Of a stretch of DNA of 34,164 bases, positions 9,155-17,337 are shown piece after piece; position 1 is the stretch's first letter, and every line of letters begins with the position of its first letter. The stretch spans positions 1-34,164 of IMG/VR virus record IMGVR_UViG_3300034072_000998, one strand, 5' to 3'. Position numbers and translations under genes: made by a program. Below the pieces are notes generated by a model, which saw only the letters and a list, made by a program, of their open reading frames with translations, had not been told where the DNA came from and ran no database searches. This DNA is from a virus (lineage: Duplodnaviria > Caudoviricetes).

Positions 9155-9468
9155 AGGGTCACCTCAATGGCTCCAAATTCAACTGTGCGCGCGGTCACCA
9201 GGTACTGGCCGGCGTCCACCTCGAGGATCTTCGCGGTGCCGGGCACCAGGCGCTCGTCGGCCTCCACCAACAGCTCCAGCTGCTGGATGCAGTCGCGTTG
9301 CCGCAGGCGGTCGCGCTCGGCCACCAGGGTGACCAGCAGGCCGCTCTCGCGGATCATGTGGGCAATGTCCTGGGCGATGCTCGCGCGGTCGTCCACCAGC
9401 AACGGCTGGCGGCCCAGATCCAGGGCCAGGTCGTTGTCCTGGATCAGCAGGTCGATGTAGAGGGTCAT
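9151..9468 (-). CDS. Baseplate protein (DUF2590/gpW-like)
   Basis: SIAQDIAHMIRESGL and D.RLVPGT motifs; between tape measure and J. Confidence 0.8.
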   Translation of the reverse strand: MTLYIDLLIQDNDLALDLGRQPLLVDDRASIAQDIAHMIRESGLLVTLVAERDRLRQRDCIQQLELLVEADERLVPGTAKILEVDAGQYLVTARTVEFGAIEVTL

Positions 9469-11426
9469 CCGGCGGCCATCTCCATCATGCTTTCCAGCTC
9501 CATCGGGCTCATGGGCTTGCTGGTGTGGATCTCCACCTTCTCGATGTGGTTGCCCTTGGTCTGGCTGGTGGTGTTCTGGATGCTGGTCAGCAGGCCGCCA
9601 GGCGGCACCGCCGTGGCGCGCTGCGGCGACAGGCTGGGGATGGCTGCGTTGATGGTCTGCTGCATCTTCTGCGCGGCCGCCAGGTCGCCCTGGTTGGGCA
9701 GATTGGGCACCGTGCCGATCGCCTCGATGTCCACTCCAGGGACTTCGTTCAGCAGCCCGATCAGGTTATTGATGGCGCTGGTAAAGATGGCCACGATGCC
9801 ATCCCAGGCGGCCTTGGCGATGCCACTCCAGCCGCCCATGGAATCGAACCAGCCCGACACCAGGGCGAACTGTTCGGCGATCCACTTGAAGGCGGCGGTG
9901 TCCATCAGTGCCGCCGTCCACTCGTCCCAGTAGTAGATCGCGGCACCGATGGCGGCGACCAAGGCAATCACGGCGACAACGATCCACACCACCGGGTTGG
10001 CCCACAGTGCGGCATTGGTCAGCCAGATCACGGCCTGCCACAGCATCATGCTGCCGCGCACGACACCCATCCAGGTGGCCAGCAGGATCAGCCCGCTGAC
10101 GTAGGCGGTGATCATCACGGCATGCCCAAGGAAGGCGAACACACTGCGCCAGGCCACCATGGTCAGCAGTTTCCACACCGCTACCACCGGCAGCGCGGCT
10201 GTGCGCCAAACGCCGAACAGGAACGTGAGCAGCGCGGTACCGGCGGTCAGTCCGACCACTGCCAGAGTGGCCAGGCCGACCAGGCGCGTCAGGTTCGGGA
10301 AAAGGTGTGTCCAGCGTTGCACCGTGGCGGCGCCGCTGGTCAGTTGCTCGATCAGCGGATTCAGCACCGGCAGCAGAGCCTGGCCGAAGGCGATGCGCAG
10401 CGCATGCACGGCGCTGCCGAACTGCTGCCATGGATCGACCATGGCGCTGGCCATCTTCTCGGCCTGCTCCAGACCTTTGACCTTGCCCAACTGCTCCATG
10501 TTGTTGGCCAGCCCTGCGGTGTCGGCCATCAGCAGCTTGATCAGACCCACGGCCTCGTCGGAGCCGAAAGCCTGTTTCAGCGCGTCGGACTCGGCCACGT
10601 TCAGGGTGTCGCCGAACTTCCCTTTCAGCTTGTCCAGGATCTGCAGCATGGGCAGCATGCGGCCCTGGCTGTCGGTGAACGTCAGCCCCAGCTTCTCCTG
10701 GGCACCACCCACCCCGGACAGGAAGGCCTTGTATTTGGTGCCCGCTTCGCCGCCGCTCATGGTGGCTTGCAGCTGGCCAAGGATGGCCATCTGCTCGGAC
10801 AGGCCGATCCCGGCCGAGGTGGCATTGGCGCCCACGGCCGTGAAGGCGTCTGACATCTGCTGGCCGGTGGTCTTGAACATCTGCACCGCCAGGGCGGTCT
10901 GCCCGGTCAGGTTCTCCACCCACTCGCCTTTGCCCATGGCATCGGCTTGGTTCTTGAAGATCCCGTACATGGTGCCGACGTAGCTGGTCACCACGGCCGC
11001 GTCGGCCTTGGTGGCCTTGGCCAGCAGGTTAGATGCCCCGGTAAAGGTGGCCAGCTGGGTGCCGGTCAGGCCGGCGATGGCGCTCTGGATGTCGTAGGCC
11101 GAGGCAACGAAGGCGCTGGCGTTCTCGCCATAGGCCACGCTGAACTCCAGCGACTTTTGGTTGAGCAGATCCAGTGCTTCAGCGGCCACCCCCAGGCTTT
11201 TCACCTGGCCGAGCGCTCGCTGCTGCTCCAGGGCGGGCAGCATGGCTTCCTGTAGGGCATAGCCTGTGCCGACTACGCCAGCCATGCCGATGCCCATCTG
11301 GGTGATGCCCTTCTGTCCGCTCTGCGCCAGGTCAGCGAAGCCCTGGTGGATCTTGGCCACGGGGCTGCTCACCTGGTCTATCAGGCTCAGAACGAATTGA
11401 AGTTTGCTGCTCGCGGTGCTGGCCAT
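9465..11426 (-). CDS. Tail tape measure protein
   Basis: 653 aa, Ala/Gly-rich helical; AYDIQSAI, GGEAGT.Y.AF motifs; hydrophobic ANPVVW segment. Confidence 0.92.
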   Translation of the reverse strand: MASTASSKLQFVLSLIDQVSSPVAKIHQGFADLAQSGQKGITQMGIGMAGVVGTGYALQEAMLPALEQQRALGQVKSLGVAAEALDLLNQKSLEFSVAYGENASAFVASAYDIQSAIAGLTGTQLATFTGASNLLAKATKADAAVVTSYVGTMYGIFKNQADAMGKGEWVENLTGQTALAVQMFKTTGQQMSDAFTAVGANATSAGIGLSEQMAILGQLQATMSGGEAGTKYKAFLSGVGGAQEKLGLTFTDSQGRMLPMLQILDKLKGKFGDTLNVAESDALKQAFGSDEAVGLIKLLMADTAGLANNMEQLGKVKGLEQAEKMASAMVDPWQQFGSAVHALRIAFGQALLPVLNPLIEQLTSGAATVQRWTHLFPNLTRLVGLATLAVVGLTAGTALLTFLFGVWRTAALPVVAVWKLLTMVAWRSVFAFLGHAVMITAYVSGLILLATWMGVVRGSMMLWQAVIWLTNAALWANPVVWIVVAVIALVAAIGAAIYYWDEWTAALMDTAAFKWIAEQFALVSGWFDSMGGWSGIAKAAWDGIVAIFTSAINNLIGLLNEVPGVDIEAIGTVPNLPNQGDLAAAQKMQQTINAAIPSLSPQRATAVPPGGLLTSIQNTTSQTKGNHIEKVEIHTSKPMSPMELESMMEMAAG

Positions 11427-11441
11427 TCGTGCTTGCTCGGT

Positions 11442-11636
11442 TCAGCCGTTCAGCGCCTTGGCGATGCCGTTTGCCACGGCAATCTCCATGCGGCGCCAGT
11501 GTTCGTCCTCCAGCCACTTGGCTGTGCCCAGGTTGTCCGCCGTGGGCTCCACGCCAGGTAGCCAGCGCTCGACCAGGGCCATGAGTTGGCCCAGGCCGTC
11601 CTCGGTCAGTCGTTCAGCGCGGGCGAGGGCTTTTTT
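11442..11636 (-). CDS. Frameshift extension of the tail assembly chaperone (gpE+E'-like)
   Basis: A-AAA-AAG slippery heptamer at 11636..11630; the -1 frame reads KKALARAERLTEDGLGQLMALVERWLP...AVANGIAKALNG to a TGA at 11444-11442. Confidence 0.8.
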   Translation of the reverse strand, partial: KKALARAERLTEDGLGQLMALVERWLPGVEPTADNLGTAKWLEDEHWRRMEIAVANGIAKALNG

Positions 11637-11893
11637 ACGGTCACCTCAACGTCCGGGGCGTACTCTTCCAGCAGCGCGCCGGCGGCCTGCATGGTGAGCA
11701 CCGGATTGCCCAGCAGCGGACGCAAGGTGGCTAGCTGGGTCTGTTGCACGGTGGTGGTCAGCAGGTTGTGGCTGGGGGCCACCTTGTTGTTCGGAGTGAC
11801 CGAGTTGAAATACTTGGTCACGTCCTTGGCGTCGATGGTGAAGGTGAATTCCTGGTCGCCAAGTTGCAGGGTGATCTCGCGGCGTTCGCTCAT
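11606..11893 (-). CDS. Tail assembly chaperone (gpE-like)
   Basis: Probable start MSERREITL overlaps the upstream stop; ends EVTVKK at the slippery site; upstream of tape measure. Confidence 0.8.
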   Translation of the reverse strand: MSERREITLQLGDQEFTFTIDAKDVTKYFNSVTPNNKVAPSHNLLTTTVQQTQLATLRPLLGNPVLTMQAAGALLEEYAPDVEVTVKKPSPALND

Positions 11894-12147
11894 GCTCTGT
11901 GCCTCTGTTGCAGGTTGTTGAAAAAGTCGTTCAGGCGTTTGTCGAAGCGCTCTTCCAGCTTCTCCAGGGCGCTGTCGATGTGCTCGGTTTTCACGTAGCG
12001 CTCGGCCACATGAATGCGGAACTCCAGGTGCTCGCGGCGTGCGGCGCTGATGTGGTTGAACAGGTACACCTGGAAGCCAATCACGCCGGCCAGGGCCATC
12101 TCGGTCAGCATCAGCAGCACGCTGATGGCGAAGGGGGAAAGCTCCAT
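11890..12147 (-). CDS. Single-TM lysis-cassette protein (holin- or i-spanin-like)
   Basis: N-terminal hydrophobic helix followed by a coiled-coil-like charged tail; TGATG coupling with the upstream gene. Confidence 0.5.
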   Translation of the reverse strand: MELSPFAISVLLMLTEMALAGVIGFQVYLFNHISAARREHLEFRIHVAERYVKTEHIDSALEKLEERFDKRLNDFFNNLQQRHRA

Positions 12148-12509
12148 CAGCGCCCCCAGTTGCCACGGCCGCCGATTCGCACGGCGCACCACATGAGCCA
12201 GGCCAGGGGCTTGTGCATGCCTTCCTCCAGCAGGGCCTCGTAGAAAATCCGGTCAGCCTCGGCCTTGCTGAAGGTCTTGGTCAGGTCGGTGTAGATGTAG
12301 TCATGCACCACGGCCGGGCGGCGCGCCGATTCGTGATCGCGCGGCACGATGCGCCAGGCGAAGCGCGGCACGCTGGCCAGGTCGGTGCGGTAGCCCACAG
12401 GCACGATCACCAGGCGCCCGGCGCGGGTCTTGTAGAACAGCGGGCGGATCACCTCCCACTGTTCCTGCCCAGCGTGGTGGCGCAGCTCCAGGTCACTTTC
12501 AAAGGGCAT
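12147..12509 (-). CDS. DUF1353-like protein
   Basis: VPVGYRTDLASVPR, AVVHDYIY, EADRIFYEAL and AVRIGG motifs; probable start MPFESDL. Confidence 0.8.
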   Translation of the reverse strand: MPFESDLELRHHAGQEQWEVIRPLFYKTRAGRLVIVPVGYRTDLASVPRFAWRIVPRDHESARRPAVVHDYIYTDLTKTFSKAEADRIFYEALLEEGMHKPLAWLMWCAVRIGGRGNWGR

Positions 12510-12714
12510 CGGCGGCACACTCCACGCGGACACGGTTCGGGGCAGTGGCCTGGGCGATGCGCTCGCGCAGCTTCTCGCTGGCACCCTCGGGGGCCTTGCA
12601 GTACACGGCCACCAGGGTGGCGGCGGTATCGGCCACCGCCTGCCGGCTCTCGGTGGCGCAGCCCTGCAGGGCACAGGCGGCGGTCAAGGCGGCGGCGGTC
12701 ATCAGTCGGCGCAT
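12499..12714 (-). CDS. Small lipoprotein (o-spanin-like candidate)
   Basis: MRRLMTAAALTAACALQGC: basic N-terminus, hydrophobic core, lipobox LQGC; two further Cys. Confidence 0.7.
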   Translation of the reverse strand: MRRLMTAAALTAACALQGCATESRQAVADTAATLVAVYCKAPEGASEKLRERIAQATAPNRVRVECAADAL

Positions 12715-12715
12715 G

Positions 12716-13105
12716 TCAGTAGCTCCAGAGGGCAGGGGAGGGGAAACGGCCGTCGGCGGACGTGCCCAGGTGCAGGAAGCGCGCGCTGCCCTTCTGGCTA
12801 ACGCCGATGCGGGTAAAACCCAGCTCCAGGGCGAGCTGCAGCAGGCGCAGGGCCTCCGGGCCACGGATGGCCACATCCACCGCTTTGCCGGTGCTGTGCT
12901 CGCCTGGGGCGGCTTTCTTGGCCTCCACAGGGTGGCGCGGGCAGCGGTAGGCGCTGGACAGCGCCAGGGGCTTGCCATAGGCCGTGCGCAGGCGCTGCAG
13001 CTTGTCCATGAAGTCGCTGTCCATCTCGCTGCCGGTGCTGCCGCAGCGGCCGCACTTACAGCGCAGCTCGGCCAGGCTGAAGTTCGGCCAGGGGCTGGTG
13101 GTCAT
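12716..13105 (-). CDS. Endolysin, peptidase M15 family
   Basis: PNFS..E.RCKCG, SSAYRC..H, H..GKAVD and FLHL Zn-ligand motifs; probable start MTTSPWPNF. Confidence 0.85.
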   Translation of the reverse strand: MTTSPWPNFSLAELRCKCGRCGSTGSEMDSDFMDKLQRLRTAYGKPLALSSAYRCPRHPVEAKKAAPGEHSTGKAVDVAIRGPEALRLLQLALELGFTRIGVSQKGSARFLHLGTSADGRFPSPALWSY

Positions 13106-13314
13106 CGGCGGTTTCCTTTCTCGAAAGTGGTCTGGCAGGGCAGGCAGCGGGTGACACCTCCGAAGGCGCGGCGCGCCGGCGGGATCTCGTCGCCGCAGTC
13201 CGCGCAATCGGTCAGGCTGGGGCCGGCGGGGCGAGCGCTGGACAGCTGGGCGGCCAGGGCGCGCTCCAGCTCCAGTTCCTCGCGCGCCACGGCGCGGTCT
13301 ACCCAGTCAGGCAT
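13102..13314 (-). CDS. TraR/DksA C4 zinc-finger protein
   Basis: DWVDRA N-terminus; CADCGDEIP..RR...GVTRCLPCQ. Confidence 0.9.
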   Translation of the reverse strand: MPDWVDRAVAREELELERALAAQLSSARPAGPSLTDCADCGDEIPPARRAFGGVTRCLPCQTTFEKGNRR

Positions 13315-13763
13315 CAGCGCAGGCCCTCGGTCTCGCTGGCGTCGAGGTACGGCACGCCGTTGATGCGGATGAAGTCCGGGCTGGTGACGTCATACGGCAC
13401 CTTGTGGGTGGTCTTGCTGCCACCCTTCGGATCGATGTCCAGCAGGCCGGACACCTTGACCTTGCAGCCGAAGGCCTCCACGCGCAGCTCGTCGTCGCCA
13501 GCCTTGGCGAAAAACACCACGTCGAAGGGTTCCAGCTTGCGGAAACTGCCGGCGCTCTTAGCGGCCTGGATCAGCAGGGCGAAGTTCGCGCTGTCCAGCT
13601 CGAACTCGCCGCTGGCGGACACGTCGCCATCCACATGGCCATCTGGCACGCCCTTGCTCTGCACGGCGGCGCTGTTGTCGGTGATGTCCAGGCTTGCTTT
13701 CTCGACGTGTACCTGCAGGTCGCCCAGGTTCACGTCGAAGTTCATGCCACTGATTCGGGCCAT
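13314..13763 (-). CDS. Tail tube protein (DUF2597/HP1-type)
   Basis: RISGMNFDV, GVPDG.VDGDV and VTSPDFIRINGVPYL motifs; follows the sheath gene. Confidence 0.85.
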   Translation of the reverse strand: MARISGMNFDVNLGDLQVHVEKASLDITDNSAAVQSKGVPDGHVDGDVSASGEFELDSANFALLIQAAKSAGSFRKLEPFDVVFFAKAGDDELRVEAFGCKVKVSGLLDIDPKGGSKTTHKVPYDVTSPDFIRINGVPYLDASETEGLR

Positions 13764-13766
13764 GGG

Positions 13767-14885
13767 TTACTCCTCGTCGCCGTTGGAAAGATCCAGGGCG
13801 ATGTTCGCGGTCAGGTCTTTGGGGCAGTTGTAGGGGCGCAGCTTCAGGTAGGCCTCCACACGGGTTTTGCTCATCCACACCAGCACGATGTCGTCGTCCT
13901 TCGGCGGCTCGATGTCGCCGGGGAACTGCTGGCCGGCGAACTGCACGGACTTCGCCATCTGGCGCAGCGGGCGCATCAGCGCGGACTTGTTGGCGGCCAT
14001 GCTGTTGGGGGTGTTGTTCAGGCGGCGGTCGCCCACACGCTGGATTAGCAGGATGCGCACGCGCCGCGCGGCCTTGTCGGCCACGCGCAGGTACTCCACC
14101 ACCTGAAAGTCGGATCCGGGGGCGTCCAGCATGTTGGCGTCGCCCCAGTACACGCCGGGGTAGTCCGGATAGGTCTGCGGCACCGAAAAGCGAGCCTTGT
14201 CCAGCTCGGCCAGGATCGCCGACGGCAGCGGCACACCGTCCTTGTCCACCGGGGTTTCGCCGAGGCCCAGCACGGGGCCGGTGGCCACGCGCATGGGGCT
14301 GTCGGCCACGCTCACGGCGTCGATGGCCAAGCGGCCGGCGAGCACGCCCAGGTCATTGCCGTGCAGCTGCGGCACTACCAGGGCGCGGGGCGCCAGAATG
14401 TTCAGGGTGATGGCCTTCTGCTCGGCCAGGTAGGCGTTCCAGTCCTGGCTGGCGGCGTCGATGCCCTTGCTGGCGGCCATGATGAACAGGCGGCGGCCGT
14501 ACTGGTTGTTGATGGCCTCGGCCTTGGCGTGCAGGGCGGTCAGCGCTAGGCCGGTGGTCACCGGCGAGCAGATCACCACGGCCTCCACGCTGACGCCGTG
14601 CTGCATGGCCGCGTCCAGGGCTTCTTCCCAGTCGGCGGCGGCAGCGATGGGCAGGGCCAGTGCGGCCCAGCGGTCGCCACCGTTCAGGCGTGCCGTCTTC
14701 ACCTGGGTTTTCAGGTCGCTGACGGCGGAGCCCAGCTCGGTGTCCAGATCGCTCTGGGTGTTCAAAGGGATCAGCTCGCCGACGTTGCTTGCGGCCAAGC
14801 CGATAAACAGGAAATAGCGCTCGATTTCCGTCACAGGGCCTTGGCCCAGGTTCAGGTTTCTTACGCTTACTTTGCCTTGCGCCAT
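13767..14885 (-). CDS. Tail sheath protein (DUF2586/HP1-type)
   Basis: NLNLGQG..EIER.FLFIG, VADSPMRVATG, YPDY.GVYW and PYNCPK motifs. Confidence 0.88.
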   Translation of the reverse strand: MAQGKVSVRNLNLGQGPVTEIERYFLFIGLAASNVGELIPLNTQSDLDTELGSAVSDLKTQVKTARLNGGDRWAALALPIAAAADWEEALDAAMQHGVSVEAVVICSPVTTGLALTALHAKAEAINNQYGRRLFIMAASKGIDAASQDWNAYLAEQKAITLNILAPRALVVPQLHGNDLGVLAGRLAIDAVSVADSPMRVATGPVLGLGETPVDKDGVPLPSAILAELDKARFSVPQTYPDYPGVYWGDANMLDAPGSDFQVVEYLRVADKAARRVRILLIQRVGDRRLNNTPNSMAANKSALMRPLRQMAKSVQFAGQQFPGDIEPPKDDDIVLVWMSKTRVEAYLKLRPYNCPKDLTANIALDLSNGDEE

Positions 14886-14897
14886 TGCTGGGCCTCG

Positions 14898-15596
14898 CTA
14901 TCGGGGTGCGTTGAGGATCTGGTGGAGCACTAGCTGAATCAGCTGTGCGATGTCGTTCTGGTCGGCGCCCAGGAAGTCGCGCTGGGGCATCTTGATTTCC
15001 CAGCTGCTCGGGCCTGGCTGCTCGCCTTTCAGCTCGCGGATCAGCAGGCCCGCCTGGCCGTACTTCACGTTTGCCTGGATCCAGGCCACAGAGGCTCTTA
15101 TCCAACGAGGGGGGCGGCGTGAATGCTTGTCCTTTCGAGGCAGGCGGACACGTAGGCCCAGGCGATGAAGGCGCTCTGCCTGCTTTTCAGTGCACTCTGA
15201 GTCGTAGTTGACCGGGTTGGCTTTACGCATCATCGCCGCAGTGTGTCGACGTGCACGGCCGTACTGATGCTCCGCGGCAATAAAGCCCAGCAGGCCATGC
15301 TTCCAGCCGAGACATGCTTCATCCGGGGTGGCCCTCACCACACCTAGATACTGATTTTTTACCAAGCCACTAAGCATTCGACGGTCTGGGTTTGACTGCG
15401 AACGCCGAGGCTCAAATGGGGTGCCATTGAGGGTTTTCTGAGCTCGCACACGGCGTGCACTCATGGTGCGCACGCGTTTCGATACTCGGTTTAGCAGCCG
15501 GCGGCGTAGCTTCGGCGGCAACTGTAGTAATGCGAGTTGTGCCTGCGCGCTTAAAATTCCCCGCACATCAAGGTCTAAAGAGTTTCTAGCTGACAT
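14898..15596 (-). CDS. Virion morphogenesis / tail completion protein (gpS-like)
   Basis: Arg-rich; Q..L.G.PFEPR, A.EHQYG and P.R.FLG motifs. Confidence 0.8.
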   Translation of the reverse strand: MSARNSLDLDVRGILSAQAQLALLQLPPKLRRRLLNRVSKRVRTMSARRVRAQKTLNGTPFEPRRSQSNPDRRMLSGLVKNQYLGVVRATPDEACLGWKHGLLGFIAAEHQYGRARRHTAAMMRKANPVNYDSECTEKQAERLHRLGLRVRLPRKDKHSRRPPRWIRASVAWIQANVKYGQAGLLIRELKGEQPGPSSWEIKMPQRDFLGADQNDIAQLIQLVLHQILNAPR

Positions 15597-16032
15597 GGCT
15601 AACCTCGCCTTGCTCAGCTATCCACAGGTCGAATGGCACGAAGGCCCAGCGCTTGCCGAGGGCCAGGATCTCGCCATTGCCATCCTCGGCCAGGTGCTGC
15701 GGCTCGATGAACTCCAGGCTGATTTCCACGTCCGCGGTGTCGGAGTCCATTTGTTCGATGTCGAAACGAGGAGCGGCCAGCTCATAGTCCGCGCGGGAGC
15801 TGTCGTGGTTCTCCAGCCAGCTGCCGATCAAGGCCATCAGACGGCCGGGATGGTCGGCGAAGCGCTCCAGGACGATCACCGCCTGGTAGCGCATGTCACC
15901 CATGTGCAGGCCGCGCTCGGTGTGCTTCCAGATCAACGACAGCTCCACCTTCTCAGCCCAGCTGTCCAACTGCTCGGGCATCACCAGGCGGCTTTCCAGC
16001 AGGAAAGCGGTCAGGGCGCGCAGCTTGATCAC
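15586..16032 (-). CDS. Tail completion protein (gpR-like)
   Basis: Position after L; M.KL.ALT.FL and AD.EI.LEF.E motifs. Confidence 0.7.
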   Translation of the reverse strand: MIKLRALTAFLLESRLVMPEQLDSWAEKVELSLIWKHTERGLHMGDMRYQAVIVLERFADHPGRLMALIGSWLENHDSSRADYELAAPRFDIEQMDSDTADVEISLEFIEPQHLAEDGNGEILALGKRWAFVPFDLWIAEQGEVSHVS

Positions 16033-16490
16033 AGCAGCACCGCCGTGATGCGCCCACGGCCCTGGATCTGGCGCACGGCCTGCTGGCTGTAGCTCAGGAA
16101 GGTTTCGTGGGTTTCGGGGCTTTCCTTGGCCAGGTTGGCGGCTTCGGCGCGACGGTTGACGGTGGCGAACTGCTGCAGCAGGTAGGCCTTCGCGCGGCAG
16201 TACACGGCGCGCTTGTAGACGGCGGCGTAGAAAGCACGCTCAGGCAGCAGCAGCGGGTCGGCAGTCTCAACGCTGGTGATGCCCACGGCCTGCCAGGCGG
16301 TTTTCCGCTTGGCCAGGTCGCGGTTCACCTCGCCCATGGCGATGGTGATGCCATCGGCCAGCAGATCCACCAGGAACTCCGCAGGCAGGCGATAGCCGGC
16401 CTGGAACTCGGCTACGCCCAGGTTCGGCCAGAAGCCGTCGTTGGGGATGGCGCGTTCCACGAAGGTGGTGGGTGTGCCGGAAAAGCTCAT
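16029..16490 (-). CDS. Head completion/stabilisation protein (gpL-like)
   Basis: I.NDGFWP and YKRAVY.RAKA motifs. Confidence 0.88.
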   Translation of the reverse strand: MSFSGTPTTFVERAIPNDGFWPNLGVAEFQAGYRLPAEFLVDLLADGITIAMGEVNRDLAKRKTAWQAVGITSVETADPLLLPERAFYAAVYKRAVYCRAKAYLLQQFATVNRRAEAANLAKESPETHETFLSYSQQAVRQIQGRGRITAVLL

Positions 16491-16585
16491 GCTGGCCGAT
16501 CTCGGAATAAAGGCGGGGGTGACTGCTGTCAGACGTAGGCACTAGGCCACGGCCTTGGCAGGCCCCCGCTGCGGGGGGTAGACGG

Positions 16586-17335
16586 TTAAGTGGTGGAGCC
16601 CTGTTCGGCTTCCTGCTTGCGCAGCGCCTTGGTGGCATCGCCCAGGCGGGTTTTCACGCCGATCTCCGGGTACAGCGCGGTGGCGCGCTCGAAGTGGGCG
16701 ATGGCGGCGGCCCACTGCTCATGCTCCATAGCCACGATGCCCAGCAGCTTGTGGAAGCGCGCCGGGATGCGCTCGAACAGATCCCACGGCTTCGGCAGGG
16801 TTGCCCCTTCTTCGGCCTTGAGCAGCGCCCAGTCGCCGTCCACATAGGGCAGCAGCTGCGACACATACGGCTCAGGGCTGCGCTTGTCGGCGTGCTCGGC
16901 CTCGGCCCAGTCGATCAGGGCATCGGCCACGAAGGTGGGCACGTCACGGCGGAAGCGCTCGGGCAACGCCTGGCCCTGCTCGATGGCGAACAGCGCCAGA
17001 TCCAGACCGGCCTCGAACTGGGCGGTGTCGAACAGCCAGACCAGCACCTGCATCAGCACCGGGTTCGGATGGTTCAGGCCCGACTCGCGGTAGCGCTGCA
17101 CATAGTCCAGGTATTTGGGCAGCAACTCGTCGCGCTTGATCTGCTGGCGAGCCTCCAGGCTGTTCAGCTCGGAAAGGCGGGCCAAATCCTCGGCCAGCGC
17201 GGTGGTCATCAGGGTGAGCTGTTTCTGGGCGTTGGCCGGGCCTGCCAGGGCGGTGGCGGGGGTGAACACCTCCGCACCGCCGGCAGCCTTGCCGAGCCCC
17301 AGGATGCGCTTCTTATGCTCCAGGGCGATGCTCAT
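16586..17335 (-). CDS. Terminase endonuclease subunit (gpM-like)
   Basis: K..ELLPKY..YV, VW.FD, A..AIEQG..LP.RF.R and IGVKT motifs; follows the capsid gene. Confidence 0.88.
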   Translation of the reverse strand: MSIALEHKKRILGLGKAAGGAEVFTPATALAGPANAQKQLTLMTTALAEDLARLSELNSLEARQQIKRDELLPKYLDYVQRYRESGLNHPNPVLMQVLVWLFDTAQFEAGLDLALFAIEQGQALPERFRRDVPTFVADALIDWAEAEHADKRSPEPYVSQLLPYVDGDWALLKAEEGATLPKPWDLFERIPARFHKLLGIVAMEHEQWAAAIAHFERATALYPEIGVKTRLGDATKALRKQEAEQGSTT

Positions 17336-17337
17336 GG

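Noticed and set aside
7712-9460. Long antisense ORFs (also 6601..8025, 9525..10853, 19484..21145, 28391..29401, 31352..32176)
   Set aside because: Shadow frames of high-GC genes; no motifs, and they lie opposite well-supported phage genes.
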